DNA of 64,000 bases from Paramecium tetraurelia (lineage: Eukaryota): the NCBI GenBank assembly GCA_000165425.1, contig CT868363.1, positions 1 through 64,000 of the forward strand. The letters run 5' to 3'. Below are positions 28,165 through 40,844 of the stretch, piece by piece. The translations under genes and the position numbers were made by a program. The notes under the pieces were generated by a model. It was not told the origin of the DNA, did not search any database, and was given only the letters and a program-made list of their open reading frames with translations. Positions within the stretch are counted from its first letter, which is position 1, and every line of letters starts with the position of its first letter.

Positions 28165-28900
28165 GAATAAATTTAATTATGTTTGTTACTTAATTTTATG
28201 TTTGTTCTTTATTTCAAATCTTTGCATAATTTTCCCTAACTCACCTACAAATCAATTTATAAATATCTCCCATTCTATAGATATTTATACACATAAACTA
28301 ATGATGTAAATTATATTTGATGAAAAATCAATATTGCAGTTACTTAATACATCAAAATAAAACACATAATATCAATTATGAAGTAAAAACTAACACTAAA
28401 CTGGTTGAATACCTATGATGCATTGTAATTTCATACCAAACTTTGATAAACTTATTTATAAATTTTATAAAATTAAGCTATTTGTAGAAGTCAAATGTAT
28501 CTCTATTTTAAGGTTAAGTTCTAGATTAAATTTATTGGATCCATACTTATTATAGAATTGTATTTTAATACAACATCATGTCCTAAGTTTTAATCAATTT
28601 AGACATGATTTTAATTATATTCAAAGAATCGATAACCAAATGTTCTAATTAAATAAATAATTAAATTATTAGTTTTTTCAACACTTCATTTGAAATATGA
28701 AATGAGATCTCGAAAATACAAATAATTAACCCTTTGTACTTTGTGCTATTTCTGGAAAATTACATGTATAAAAATCGAATAGTTAAAATTAGTTTTGACT
28801 AAAATTTATTAAAGAGAATAATAGATTTATTCTTCATCGAAAATGTAAAGAATTCTAATTTATAAATTATTATATTATTTTGTCAAATATACTTTATAAA

Positions 28901-29800
28901 TCACTCTAAAAGGACTAATAAGAGTGCGAATGCTCCAAGAATGAGTTGATTGCTATCCATATCATTGCTAACCAAATCGTCGCAAGCAAGGCATTTATTG
29001 TCAGATGTCCACTTGTAATTACCAAATGTTCTTTAATAACAAGTAGTTTGGGTATAAGCTGATGTGTCAGCAGCGTCAGCACAAGCACCATTAGCCCAAG
29101 CACATAATGTGAAAGAGGTATCACTTGTAAAAACAAAATTACATGCCTACTCAATGGGGAGATCAGAGCATTTAATAGAACGACAAGCACTTCCCTCATA
29201 GGTACATGAACCAGAGTTATTGCATAGGTTTGTGAAATTGCTAAGATCTGCACATGAACTGCCTGACTTCACAGATTTGCATGTATTATCATTAGCCCAA
29301 GCACATTAACTTGTTTGTGTATCAAATCCTGTGCATGTTTAAGATGTTGTAAATGATGAACAAGTGACAAATTGATAGGCAGCACACGATCCTGATTATG
29401 CTGTACAAAATTAATTCTCTGGACATTCCTCAACACTGTAGTCAGCGCAAGTTGAAAAGCTTGCACATTAATTGCTTTTATTCCAATAGCATCCATTTAT
29501 ATTACGGCAAAGAGCAACAGTTGTGCCATCAGAACATGAAGGAGTCCAATCATCACAAGCTCCATCCTTCCATTTACAAGAACTAAATGCATCGCAAGTG
29601 ATTTAAGTATTCAAATCTGAGCACTCTAAATTGAACTCTTGGCATTCACTATCAGATGAATTCCAAAGACAATAAGATAATGCAGCTCCACAATCGGTTT
29701 AAGTGAGTTCTGTACATTCACAATGTTTGGCAGCATCAACTGTCAGAGCTGCTGTTGTTAAGCCTATCATGCATATAGAGATCAATAATTTACCAATCAT
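28901..29800 (-). CDS. Cys-rich GPI-anchored surface protein (Paramecium mini-antigen type), 299 aa
   Basis: Signal peptide MIGKLLISICMIGLTTA, periodic C..CxW repeats rich in Thr/Ser/Ala, hydrophobic C-terminus SNQLILGAFALLLVLLE; intronless 900 nt. Confidence 0.88.
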
Positions 29801-30999
29801 ATTTATTACTAAATAATATTTTCATATACCCCGTTATAAAGAGCGACAGGTAAATTAAAATGTCAATATCAATTAATTTTTATTGAAATAAATCAAATTT
29901 TTACATAATACATAAATTATGCAAATTTTTTCATTATTTTTTTTAAATTTTTTTTCAATAACTTAAAGAATGCCATAATAATATTTTAAAGTATATTTCT
30001 TATAATTACAGTATTATTGATGATTCAACATCATCTAAACTACTTGAAAAAAAGAGTCAAAAACTTTAGGATTAATGCTTAAATCTTGGTTTTTTTTTAG
30101 TTTTTATACCCTTTTATATTAATATTTGAAGGGTTTCAGAAGAAAGAAAAGAGAATACAATAAGGATCATTCATCTAGATCAAACCCAAATTTTATATTT
30201 TTTAAAGCTTGGAGACTATTTAAATTCAGAATCTATCATTTTTTCAAAAATTTGCAACCTTTGCTTACTTGAGTATTGTAACAAACATGAGCTTAGACAA
30301 GGCTAATTTACTCAAAAATAGCAATTAAGTGTGTAAGATTATCAATATGAGAAAATTAATCGAACTGAAAATTATATCCATTGAATACTCGAAAATAAAA
30401 TTTAAATTCTCTAATTAATAATTCATTATTAATAACATGAAATGTCTAGAATTAATATATTCATTAATAAAATTTATGAGATGCTTTATTAATAATGAAT
30501 ATATTAATTATTTAAGGTCTATATTTTATCTATAGTTACTTATAATCAAACCTTAAATTCTTACCCCCTTATGGTTTCTTATGTTTGAATATCATTCTAT
30601 ATATTATTGATTCATTATCAGGCTGCATTTTTAATTGTTTTATATTATTAGTTGTTGCAAATACATTGCAATGAATACTTACTTGAATTCTTCATTTTAA
30701 ATCATTGATTAAATTATGATGAATCATCATGCGTTTCTTACTTTAATGTAATGGTATTAATAAAAAATTCATTGGAATTATTTTTTATTTCGTCTTAAAG
30801 TAATTAATCGAGTGAGAATTGTGTTGAGGAATTCTATTAATTATGAAAAAGAAGATTAGAAAATTTTGATATTTATTTAAGATTGAGTGATATTGCTTGA
30901 GGGAATTGCAGAATCGTAATCTATTTGAAAAGGTAGAATAAATAACTGAGGATGGTTTTATAAAATAAATAATAGTAACATATCGTTTTTTTAATATTA

Positions 31000-32110
31000 A
31001 TGTTTATAATCGCAGGAATTTTATTTGTAAGTGTTTTTGGGCAGTTAGGCTATGATGGTTATACGGAATGGCAATCTGGGATTGACAGAACCATCAATAG
31101 ACAAAGTAAATTTGTTGAACCTGTTTATCCATTGCAGATGTTCACAAGAGTGCAATTTCCAAGATAATTCAGCAGGTTAGTATAATGGCTATTTGAATAG
31201 ACGGCCATAAGTTTTATTGATGCACGAAGAAATAGAGTGGAATAAAAATAGGAATATCAATTATTAAACTTTTGTTTCCGATGTGACTGTAAAAGGGTTC
31301 TATATCAACTATTTAATTAATGGCCCAGCAATTATTCCAGTGTTAAGAGTAAGATGGGTGGCTTTTGTAGATTCAGAAGCAGAAGTTCAATACGTTAATT
31401 ATCAATTTGAAGATTTGATTAGATTGAGACAAGGTTTTGGAACTAGATTCCAAGATTTCATGGTTCAATATTATTTGAAATATCCAACACCAAGAGTAGT
31501 AGCATTCATTGTAGGTGCAGAAATGGAAGTTTATGACTCATTAACAACAACTATATAAATTTAGTTGGGTAAACCAACAGGAAGTGCCACTCCTGTAAGA
31601 ATATTGACAAGAGATAGATGTCATATTAATACTCTTAGAATAGCATACTTTATTTCTTCAGATTATTCTACTATAATGGGAACTTTGGGTAGTTCAGACA
31701 ATTACTTTAATTAGTTTTTGGATAATGAAAATAGAATGAAATTAAGAGTACAAAGATTTGAGAGAGAAGTACCTTCTACTTTTATTTTCGAATCTCATTA
31801 GAATGTATTGGCCTAGGGAATCACAGGATTCGATGTGCATAGTAGAGCGGGTAATTTCTACGTTAAGGTTGGAGGTGAATATATTGATAAGAAATCATCT
31901 ACTTATCATTGTGCATATGGAACACGTAATCATTTTAATTCTATTTTAGGTGGTGACACTGTACTCTAATACATGGAAGTCAGTTATATTTTACATCCCC
32001 CAGCATTACCTCCATATCAAATGCTTGTTGAAGAGAGTGCTACAGACAAATAAGAGGAGGAGACTAAAACAGAAGAATAATAACTGCTAAATGAATCATT
32101 AATACCATGA
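31000..32110 (+). CDS. Secreted protein with H-type-lectin-like repeats
   Basis: Signal peptide MFIIAGILFVSVFG; VQFPRQFSRRPQVLL...VSDVTVKGF...LRVRWVAF and two further similar beta-rich units (PRVVAFIVG, QGITGFDV); two introns. Confidence 0.65.
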
Positions 32111-32137
32111 CATATATATTTTATATAAATTAAAATA

Positions 32138-34175
32138 ATGTAAATAGAGCAACCACAGATTAAAAAGTAATATGAAAAGGCTCATGTTTCTTTGCATCAT
32201 AAACAAATTCCATATTTACCATCCACCATCACAGCTCTCTCAAATAATCCTATGTAGCAATTATTGCTGGTTGGTAAAGAAAATGGAGTGATTGAAATCT
32301 ATTCTTATCCAACATACACTCAAATTTCAATTTGTTGTTCCATCAATAGTTAAATTCGTTCACTCTTTTGGATTGATGAAGAACGTACTTATGTAAATAA
32401 TATATCTAGATTTCATTTGTGCATATTTAAGTGGTCAAATTTCATTGTTTAATATTCACGATTATAAACCTCTAAATAATTTTTAATTGCCAGATAATAT
32501 TAATATCTATGAATCCATACCCACCATTGACTCATACTTTTTATGTGCTTGCAGTGATGGTTCCATCAGAAAATTCGATTATTAAAACAATAAAATATAT
32601 CAAATTCAACAATCACAACAATTAGATTGCCAATGTTTATCGATTGCTATTAATAAAGAATATGTTTATGCATCTTTCTCTAATGGGTCTATCAGATAAT
32701 TAACCTAAAAGACATTATTGCAATAACAAACATGGCAACTCAATATAAGCAGTTCCAAAATTGCCAAAGCTAATGTTATTATCCCTTGGAAATTATGTAT
32801 TTGCAATAATAATCTCTTTATTGGATCATCAAATGGCAGTGTGATTATTTATGAGACCTAATTTAACACTGAAATCCAACAAATACAAACACACATGTCA
32901 GATATTCTTACTTTATATCCAAATCTAAATAATGTTTATGTGAGTGGAGTAGATAGCAAAATTGTTTGTTTATCATATAATGGATCACAATATTAAATAA
33001 CCTAACAAATAAGAGGACAATCTCATGATGTTTATGCCTTTGAAATCATTAAGAATAATATCCTTATATCTGGAGGTCTTAATACTGATATTTGTTATTA
33101 TAAATTAGATGGCAATGGTTAATTACTTTAATAGAATTAGTTTACACATATTTTCACTATTCCTAGAAGTGAACAATTTATTTGCAATCATTAATATATT
33201 GCAATTAATAAATATGATTCTATAGATTTGTTATCTTATGATATTGAATCTGATCCTATCTATTGGTGTGAATTCAAACTCTAGAAACCAGCTCATTTTA
33301 TTAAATTGACTAAAAATTTATTGTGTTATGGTTAGAGTGATTAAACTGTTGCCATGAGTGAAGTTGATAAGCAATTTAAAAAATATAAAGTTTATCCGCA
33401 TTTCAAATGTATGGAGTTTGATCACACTTAAAAGTCATTTTATAGTATTGACAAAGATGATAAACTATTTAAACATAAATTTAATGGACAATCTCAATTT
33501 ATAGCTTAATTAATTCATGGATAACCAAAATTAATGAAATTTGTTAATAAAAGAATACTAATAATCACATATCCTTACTTACAAAAGTTCATTTCTGTAA
33601 ATGTCGTTAACAATACTGTTGAGTAAATTGACTGTAGATCTAATCAAAATTATGTAACGAATATTTTGATAATCAATGGCAAATGTATGAAAATACTTGT
33701 CACTTATGCTTCTCACATTTTTGCAATTTACAACTACGATTTCAAAGAATAATTATGGCAAATGAATTCATATTCTAAAGAACATATGATGCATTCTCCT
33801 CTTAATGTTTCTCTTTTAAAGGATCCAATAAGAGGAGCAATCACTGATAATTAAGATAGCAAAAGAATGTTATTATTTACTAAGTAAGAATTGCTATTTA
33901 ATTATAATAGTAATCATTTCATTAGACTTCATCAAAGAGGAGTACCACCTAAAGAAGTAAAGGAGTAAGAATTCAGTAAGATGCTGTAACCAGAGAAGAA
34001 GGATTCTGGATAAAAATTGGATATCGTTGACAATTATGCATTGATTTATCACAATTATGTGATCTTGAATTGCTTGAATGTCAGCAATTAGAATTACATC
34101 TTATTGGAATGGGATAAATAAGCCACCTTTTCTTAAATTCAAGGTGCATTTGATGGAAAAAAATATAAGCGTTGA
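32138..34175 (+). CDS. UTP4: U3 snoRNP WD40 protein Utp4/cirhin-like
   Basis: IPYLPSTITAL, LLVGKENGVIEIY, THMSDILTL...VYVSGVDSKIV, RGQSHDVYAF...LISGGLNTD; ends FDGKKYKR TGA. Confidence 0.8.
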
Positions 34176-34231
34176 TGTATTTTATTTTATGTATATTAAT
34201 AATAATAATTTAAAAAAAAAGTTATAGTCAG

Positions 34232-34664
34232 ATGTTTCAAACTAAAACAAAATAAAAAAGCTTTAGAGAATTACATACTGTGTAAGAGAGACAAGCGATA
34301 TTTAAGGATAAGATAAGTCATTACCCAGATATGATTCCTGTGATTTTAGAGAAACATCCAAAATCTAAAATCTAACATTTGAATAAACAATTGTACTTTC
34401 TACCTTAAAATATTGATATTTAGTCACTAAAAGCTTTCGGATGATTCAATTCCGCGATACAATAAAAAGCACTTTACAGATTTCATCTAAGTAATCTCTA
34501 TACTTTCATATTGGAAATCAAGTGTTACCTGAAGGTATAATAATTGAAAGATTTTCTTAGATATCAAATTGGCAGATATTTATGAGAAGAAGAAGGATTC
34601 AGAAGATGGATTCTTATATATAACTTTCTCTGATTTAGAAGTCTTTGGATTCAATTCTAATTGA
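34232..34664 (+). CDS. ATG8: ATG8-family ubiquitin-like autophagy protein (first intron acceptor anomalous)
   Basis: YPDMIPVILEKHPKSKI, YLVTKSF, IYEKKKDSEDGFLYITFSDLEVFG + FNSN; second intron 34535-34560 is canonical. Confidence 0.85.
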
Positions 34665-34959
34665 AATGATAATTAAGAGTTGTTTCATTTTTTCAGTATA
34701 ATAGTTTTATAAAGTTATTAATTATTCATCTCTTGTGAATGATTATTTTCTTCGAATATTTCTTATGTAATTTATTTTTGGTAATCCTATTACTTAATCC
34801 ATTTGAAAATGTCACTTCTAAAAGAAAATTTCAATATTTTGATTTTGTATTGATTACATTTTCTTAAATAAAATAGATTTTAATGACTTAAATACATTAT
34901 AACTTAATCGATCGAATTTTTTATTAATAAATCTTGCTAATTAAGTTTTTAATTGATTC

Positions 34960-36684
34960 ATGATCAGCAAACTAATTATATGGTTTAAAAATCTCAGAAT
35001 GAGTAACTAGATAATAATACTCAACTTCTTTATTATTTTATTTGCTGTGTTTGCAACAATAGCGACAGCATATGTTTAATAAGCAATATTTTTCACATAC
35101 ATTTAGGAATTTGAATCAGCATTATCATTGAAATAGGAAAAAGCTATTGTAAATAACATCTCTAGAAAACTAAGTCTTTACATTCAATTGAAAAATTACC
35201 AAAGTAAAGATTGACGCAATAATTTATAGCAATTTTAAATTTATAGCACTCTCAATAGATGGTATATCAATTTACACAATTCTAATCAGATTACTAGATT
35301 CATATAAATTAGTTTTAAGATTGTATCGAGGAAGAGGAAATTCAACAAGATTATATTGTTTATAATTCAGACATCATCTGCTAAACGTTATAAACAAAAT
35401 AATATGATAGTCAAGGAATGCTACTCAATAAAACTCTTGCATTACTAACTCCTTTCACTTAATTATTTACAGGTGGAGAAGAAAATAAAATATCATTTAT
35501 TGATGTACCAAATAATTAAATATTTGCTCTATTCCCAAAAATGTACAAGTACAAAAATTTTGTTCCTAAGAATAGACCTTGGTAAGCTTCAATTATATTT
35601 CAGGTATAAGAACCATATTGCCCAATATTAAATTTAACCCAGTTAAGATTATTATTACTCTCCAATCTACCTCTCAGCTCGAAATTTCATGCCATATTTC
35701 GCCTTAACCTATTCCTTGATTATTAACTAAACTTTATTTGGAATTACAACCTAATTATAGGAAGTATCTGATAAGAACATCCAGAATATACCTTTGAGTA
35801 TTTTTTTGGTCAATTCCAATGGGGACATTATTTTATCTACTTTGCCTACTATTTCTTAAATTAATTTACTTATTACAATAACTAATCAAACTTATACTGG
35901 ATTTAATAAAACAGATTGGGAATTAATATAAGTTAATTCTAAATAGAAAACATCATAAGAAAGCTCTTTCTATCTTGAGAACAAACTATACAACAGAATT
36001 GTCTTTGTGAATGCCGTCAGCTTTGAAAAAGAAAATCTCACTTTAATAGTGTAATATTATAAAATATTTTCAAGTTTTAAAAATGTGACCTACGAAATAG
36101 AAAGTGGTTAAAAAATTCAAGATCAAGTTGATAATATGAAGATAGAAATGATCAAAGATTTATAAATTTATTTAGGAATCTCTATATTCTTAGTAATATT
36201 AACCACTACCTTAATAAGATATATATCAGCTCCTTTATTAAATTTGATTAAAGTGATTAATATTCATATAAGAAAAATTGGAAATAATTTAAATTCAGAA
36301 TTATTTAAAATGAGTTTTAAAAGTTAAAAGCAAACAGATGTCTTTTCATCACTTACATATCAATTCTTAGGTTTGAAAGAGTTGTAGAGCAAAAGATCAG
36401 AAAGAAAAAATTAAATTTGCCAATAAATTGAAGATATAAAATACAGTTTTTAATATTAAGAAATAGATTGTTCTTCAATTAAAGAATCAATCTTACTTCT
36501 CCCTAGTTAAGACTTAGAAGATTTTCGTTAAAATAATTCATTATTGAAACCTCTTCTTTTAAGAAGTTTTTCATAAAAAAAGATGTGGGTTAGTACTGAA
36601 GATTAAACATTATATAGATAAATCCTCATAAAATAGATATTTTAGCAACTCTTTTAAAAGAATAGTTCTCTCAAGAACTTTTGA
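34960..36684 (+). CDS. Two-TM membrane protein with extracellular Cache-like domain
   Basis: N-terminal TM, FVPKNRPWYKNH and YYYSPIY (dCache_1-like motif), second TM near 36165-36215 then ISAPLLNLIKVI; two introns. Confidence 0.75.
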
Positions 36685-37345
36685 AAATCTTTATGATGAA
36701 TCAATCTATTATTATAAAAATACTACAATATATTATTATATCCAAGAATATTATTAGATGAGTTTTAATATTATAAAATTAAAAGAAATTCAAGTATTGA
36801 CCAATTAATATGATAAAAACGGATTATTCTATTAAGTGTGGTATTTTTATTGGAATTTTTTCGCTCTTATTTTTATTTCATCGTCTGTTAGTTTGGAAGG
36901 TGTTAATATTTTTAGTGGAATTCTTATATAATAATTATAGAAAATATCCATGTAATAATTAAATATTATACTTAAAACAAATTAAATAATATACCATTTT
37001 GATCCTAACTGCATTCTATCAAAATTTAGTTAAATTAGATCAAAATATCAGTAGTTATCAAAATATACGAAAAAATAGTTGAAGATCCTCTTTATGATCC
37101 TCAATATAAATATTTTAGAGTTATTATATTAAATTAGAAAAAATCTAATTCATTTATACAATTTGTTATAAAAATTATAGTATAAAGTAGAATTTATAAT
37201 TATTTCAATTAATTTTAAGGATTGAAATCTTAGATAATTAATACATTCAAATTGTAAAAGAGGGTCTTTAAATAAAATGTAATCCTACTTCTAGAGAAAA
37301 GTATTGAGAATTAAATAAGAATGCTTCTATAAATTGTTTGATGTT

Positions 37346-37654
37346 TCACTTTTTTTAATTCTTTAACTTGTTTGTCTCGCCTTCCAAGGTCTTTAGAAAA
37401 TTATTAGATGTTTCAATTAGTTTTTTCAAAATAGTCTCGCTTTCTTTGATCATCCTATTAAAATCCTGGATTGCCAATTCTTTATCTCTTAATTGGCCTC
37501 CTTAAATTTATTATTTTTATTTTAGAGATGCTAATTCTTATTACATTTAAGTAACAACAACTCGTTCTTCTTAAAGATCATTTGATAATTCTTCCCTTTC
37601 TTCTTATAATTTCTATAGTTAAGATTTCAGCTATGTAATAGCAGTGCCATCCAT
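37346..37654 (-). CDS. SSNA1: SSNA1/NA14/DIP13-like microtubule-associated coiled-coil protein, 102 aa
   Basis: LQKLQEEREELSNDLQEE...KELAIQDFNRMIKESETILKKLIETSNNFLKTLEGE follows the NA14 pattern and size. Confidence 0.7.
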
Positions 37655-37693
37655 GAATTGGTATATAATTTAATTTATTGATCTGTTAAATAT

Positions 37694-38672
37694 ATGAGAA
37701 AATCATAAAGTTCATTACTGTTTAAATCTTCCTTAATGAGTCAAAGATAAACACTTCCTGATCTCATTTAAAAAATTGGAATGAGATTTGCTACTTAATA
37801 TGAATTAACTACTCAGAATAATATACAATCTAATCCAGGTTAACTAGAACTCATTAGAATTCAAGAAAAATATAAATGGAAATGTGAAGAACTCGATAGA
37901 ACAAGGCAGTCCATAGAAAGAGAACATAAAACTTTAGATGACAGAAAAAATGTAAGGCTTTTGGTATATTTAAGCAATTAAAAAGGGGAGAGAAGGAAAT
38001 GAGAATATTAACTAACTTGATTGAAGAAAAGCTCATTTAATTGCATTCGCAAGAACAATAATTTCGTGAACGAGTGTAATCTTTTGAATAAAAAGAAAAA
38101 GATCGAGAATAACAGTTTATTTTACTTCAACAATAATTAGAAGAATAATCAAATTAATTGAATATCGAAAAAAATAAGCTATTAATGAGAGAAAAAACTA
38201 TAAAAGAAAAAGAATATCTCATAGAGTTGAAGTCAAAGGAAATTGAATAGTATCTGTCTAGATTAAAGTATTACACTTCAAATACAAATTAGAAAGAGAG
38301 TAAGCTTTTAACTTTAATATAGATTATTACCATTAATAAATTGACAATATCAATCTACATTTGTAAACAATTCTTGAACATGAAATGTCGATTAAGAATA
38401 TCGAATAATAAATGTCTTTACAGGTCAATTCATTAGAGAAAGCAGAGTAAAACTTATTTGAAAAACTCTAAAAGTGCAAATAATCTGAATAGATTTTCGA
38501 TTAATAAGAATTAAAAATATAAGTTAGTGAAGATTTAATCAATCGTAAATTAGAATGGGATCAAAAACAAATCGTCTCTGCTAAAAATTCTAAAGCATCA
38601 TAATTTAATTTCGAAAATTCGAGAATGGAAATTTCTCATTTTGTTTATTCTGCTCTATCTTAAAATCATTGA
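37694..38672 (+). CDS. Coiled-coil hypothetical protein
   Basis: MRKSQSSLLFKSS...; long E/K/Q-rich heptads with tiny introns; ends YSALSQNH TGA. Confidence 0.7.
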
Positions 38673-38704
38673 TTACTTTTAAAAAATGAAAATTATAATA
38701 AAAA

Positions 38705-40132
38705 TCACTTGATTATTTCGAAAATGTTCTCGCATAAATTATATATCTCTTCATCTTCATGTTAGGATAATTCAGCTAAGAATTGTTCTCCATTTTATTA
38801 TATGAATATAGGGATAGCTTCAATGTTCTTTTGTAAGATCCCTTCTACTATTCTTAAGATATCAACGATAATATCTGTATTATCCATATTTTTGTCCAAT
38901 AAATTAATCAATTGTTATATCGGTTAGAATAATTATATCAATTGTTTTAATTCGCTTTAATTTAAACCACTAATGATCTAATAATAAAAGGAATAATAAT
39001 AAATGCTACCATAAATCTCCTTATTAGCTTCTTATAATTGGTCATTAAATTAAAATAACTACACGATATTAGTCTTAAGAATACTATAAATTATTTTTGG
39101 GTTTTCAACGATCATATTTGTAAAAATACTCAACACTTTGTTAATTGGCTTATACTAATATTTCTCTTATTTTCCAGTAATCAAAGTCTAATTAACTTTA
39201 AGAATTAGGAAATTTAAGACATTGTTTTCTATTGGTTCATATCGATTTCTGTCAAAATATGACATTATCTTTATTAATGATAATATTTCATTTAAGTAAA
39301 GATCTGAATATGTTTTATTCTAACAGAGATTATTTATGAAATTCAGATCTAATAAGTTTTTATCTTTCAAACATATTTTATATATTAGTTACAAGATTCC
39401 TACTATTGATTCATTGCTTAATAAATGAGGAAATAATTCCCAACATAATTTAATCATCTAAATTTAGTTAAAATTTGACATTAGGGGCTGAGTTCTTGAG
39501 ATATTGATAATAATTTAAGCTAGATCTTCCATTAATTCATTTTTGGTTTAATAGATTGCTTTGAATATTGCTTAAGGTATTTCATAAATTAAAATGGCAT
39601 CCCTGCATTAATAACAGTCTGCTGCTAAGTTTGAAAATATAAACAGAACAGTTTATTTAAGCTCTTCATATTATGTATCATGGAAAAGCTTCAACAAATC
39701 AGGTATATATTTTAATATAGGTTTGCACGTTGAATGATTTGGCAATGTAAACGCTAATAATATTTGTAAACAAGCTCTCTTATATAAAAATATTTTATAT
39801 ACATCTAATACTGGATATCCTTAGTTGATAATGTCAAATATCATTTCAACATCAGAAGATGTCTGATAATTCTTATCACAATCGCTTTCATTAAAAGTAT
39901 CCGCTAATTCTGATATTTTCTAAATCTTTTATATAGTTTCATTAAGTTAAACATCATTTGGACATTATTTTTAGTGATATGCAATATAATATATTTCTGA
40001 TAAGTTAGTTGTAGTATTAGAAAATGGCAAGTATTGTGTTTTTGAGATTCTCTTACATTTGAAAACTTCTTCTCGTTTTTGTTTTCTTATATTGATGGAA
40101 AATTCTTCCCTCTTTTTCTATATAATATTCAT
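38705..40132 (-). CDS. Divergent importin-alpha-like ARM-repeat protein
   Basis: IBB-like start KKREEFSINIRKQKREEVFKCKRI; ARM-like VLFIFSNLAADCYQCRDAIL, LAQIIINISR. Confidence 0.75.
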
Positions 40133-40216
40133 TATTAAGTTTTATGAAAAAGAATAAATTATACCCTTTAATAATAGGTCTGAAAACACTAAATTAAACA
40201 TATAATTAGATTAAAA

Positions 40217-40711
40217 TCAATTTATTTGATCTAACTTTAACTAGTAGTTAAGATTTTTTGATATTCTTTGAGACTAAGTTAACAAAGTCAAGCATTTTTT
40301 TTTCTTCTCTATTTTAAATTTATTCTAGTAATTATAATTAGATTAATTTACTTTAATTTATTTAATATCAATTTTTGTATTTAATTCATTATTTTGTTAA
40401 AAGTATAAAAGGATTTGATCTAAATTACCTGAATATTATTAATAGAGATCGTTGAATATTTTAGTGTTCTTCTCATTCCATTGAATCTTTTTATTTTTTT
40501 TGTTTCTACCTGCAACTTACTTTTCTATTTTAATGTTCTTGACTAAGGCTTGCAAAGTATCTCCTTAACAATGTTATTAGGGTTGAGGCTAATGAGATAT
40601 ATGGACTTCTTCCTTTCGAGATTCTTAATTGGAGTATCTTTTTTCAAATAACTTCTAAAAATCAAATCCTTCTTGTTAGATTTCAAGATCTGCACTATCT
40701 TAATTTATCAT
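40217..40711 (-). CDS. Small SANT/Myb-domain protein (Bdp1-type SANT resemblance)
   Basis: KIQWNEKNTKIFNDLYQQYSGNLDQILLYF...KQIK|NKFKIEKK after removing intron 40325-40351. Confidence 0.6.
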
Positions 40712-40844
40712 TTATAAATATATTATATTAATATTGAAATTTGAATGAGAAGTATTTTTTAGATGACATGGGTTGAATGAGTTTATATTTCTAATCTCAG
40801 AATAGAAGTCACATTAATAAATATGTATAGAATCTAATTGCATT

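Noticed and set aside
34394..34418. Retained IES explaining the ATG8 interruption (TA-bounded 23-bp removal also restores the frame)
   Set aside because: Below the ~26-bp minimum Paramecium IES size, and ends do not match the TAYAGYNR consensus
36750..37300. Hydrophobic plus-strand ORF after the Cache gene
   Set aside because: Low complexity; long frames arise by chance in code 6; no motif
40760..40830. Hairpin or SECIS/snoRNA-like element downstream of the TMP gene
   Set aside because: Weak pairing, no C/D or H/ACA boxes, and the upstream gene has no in-frame TGA
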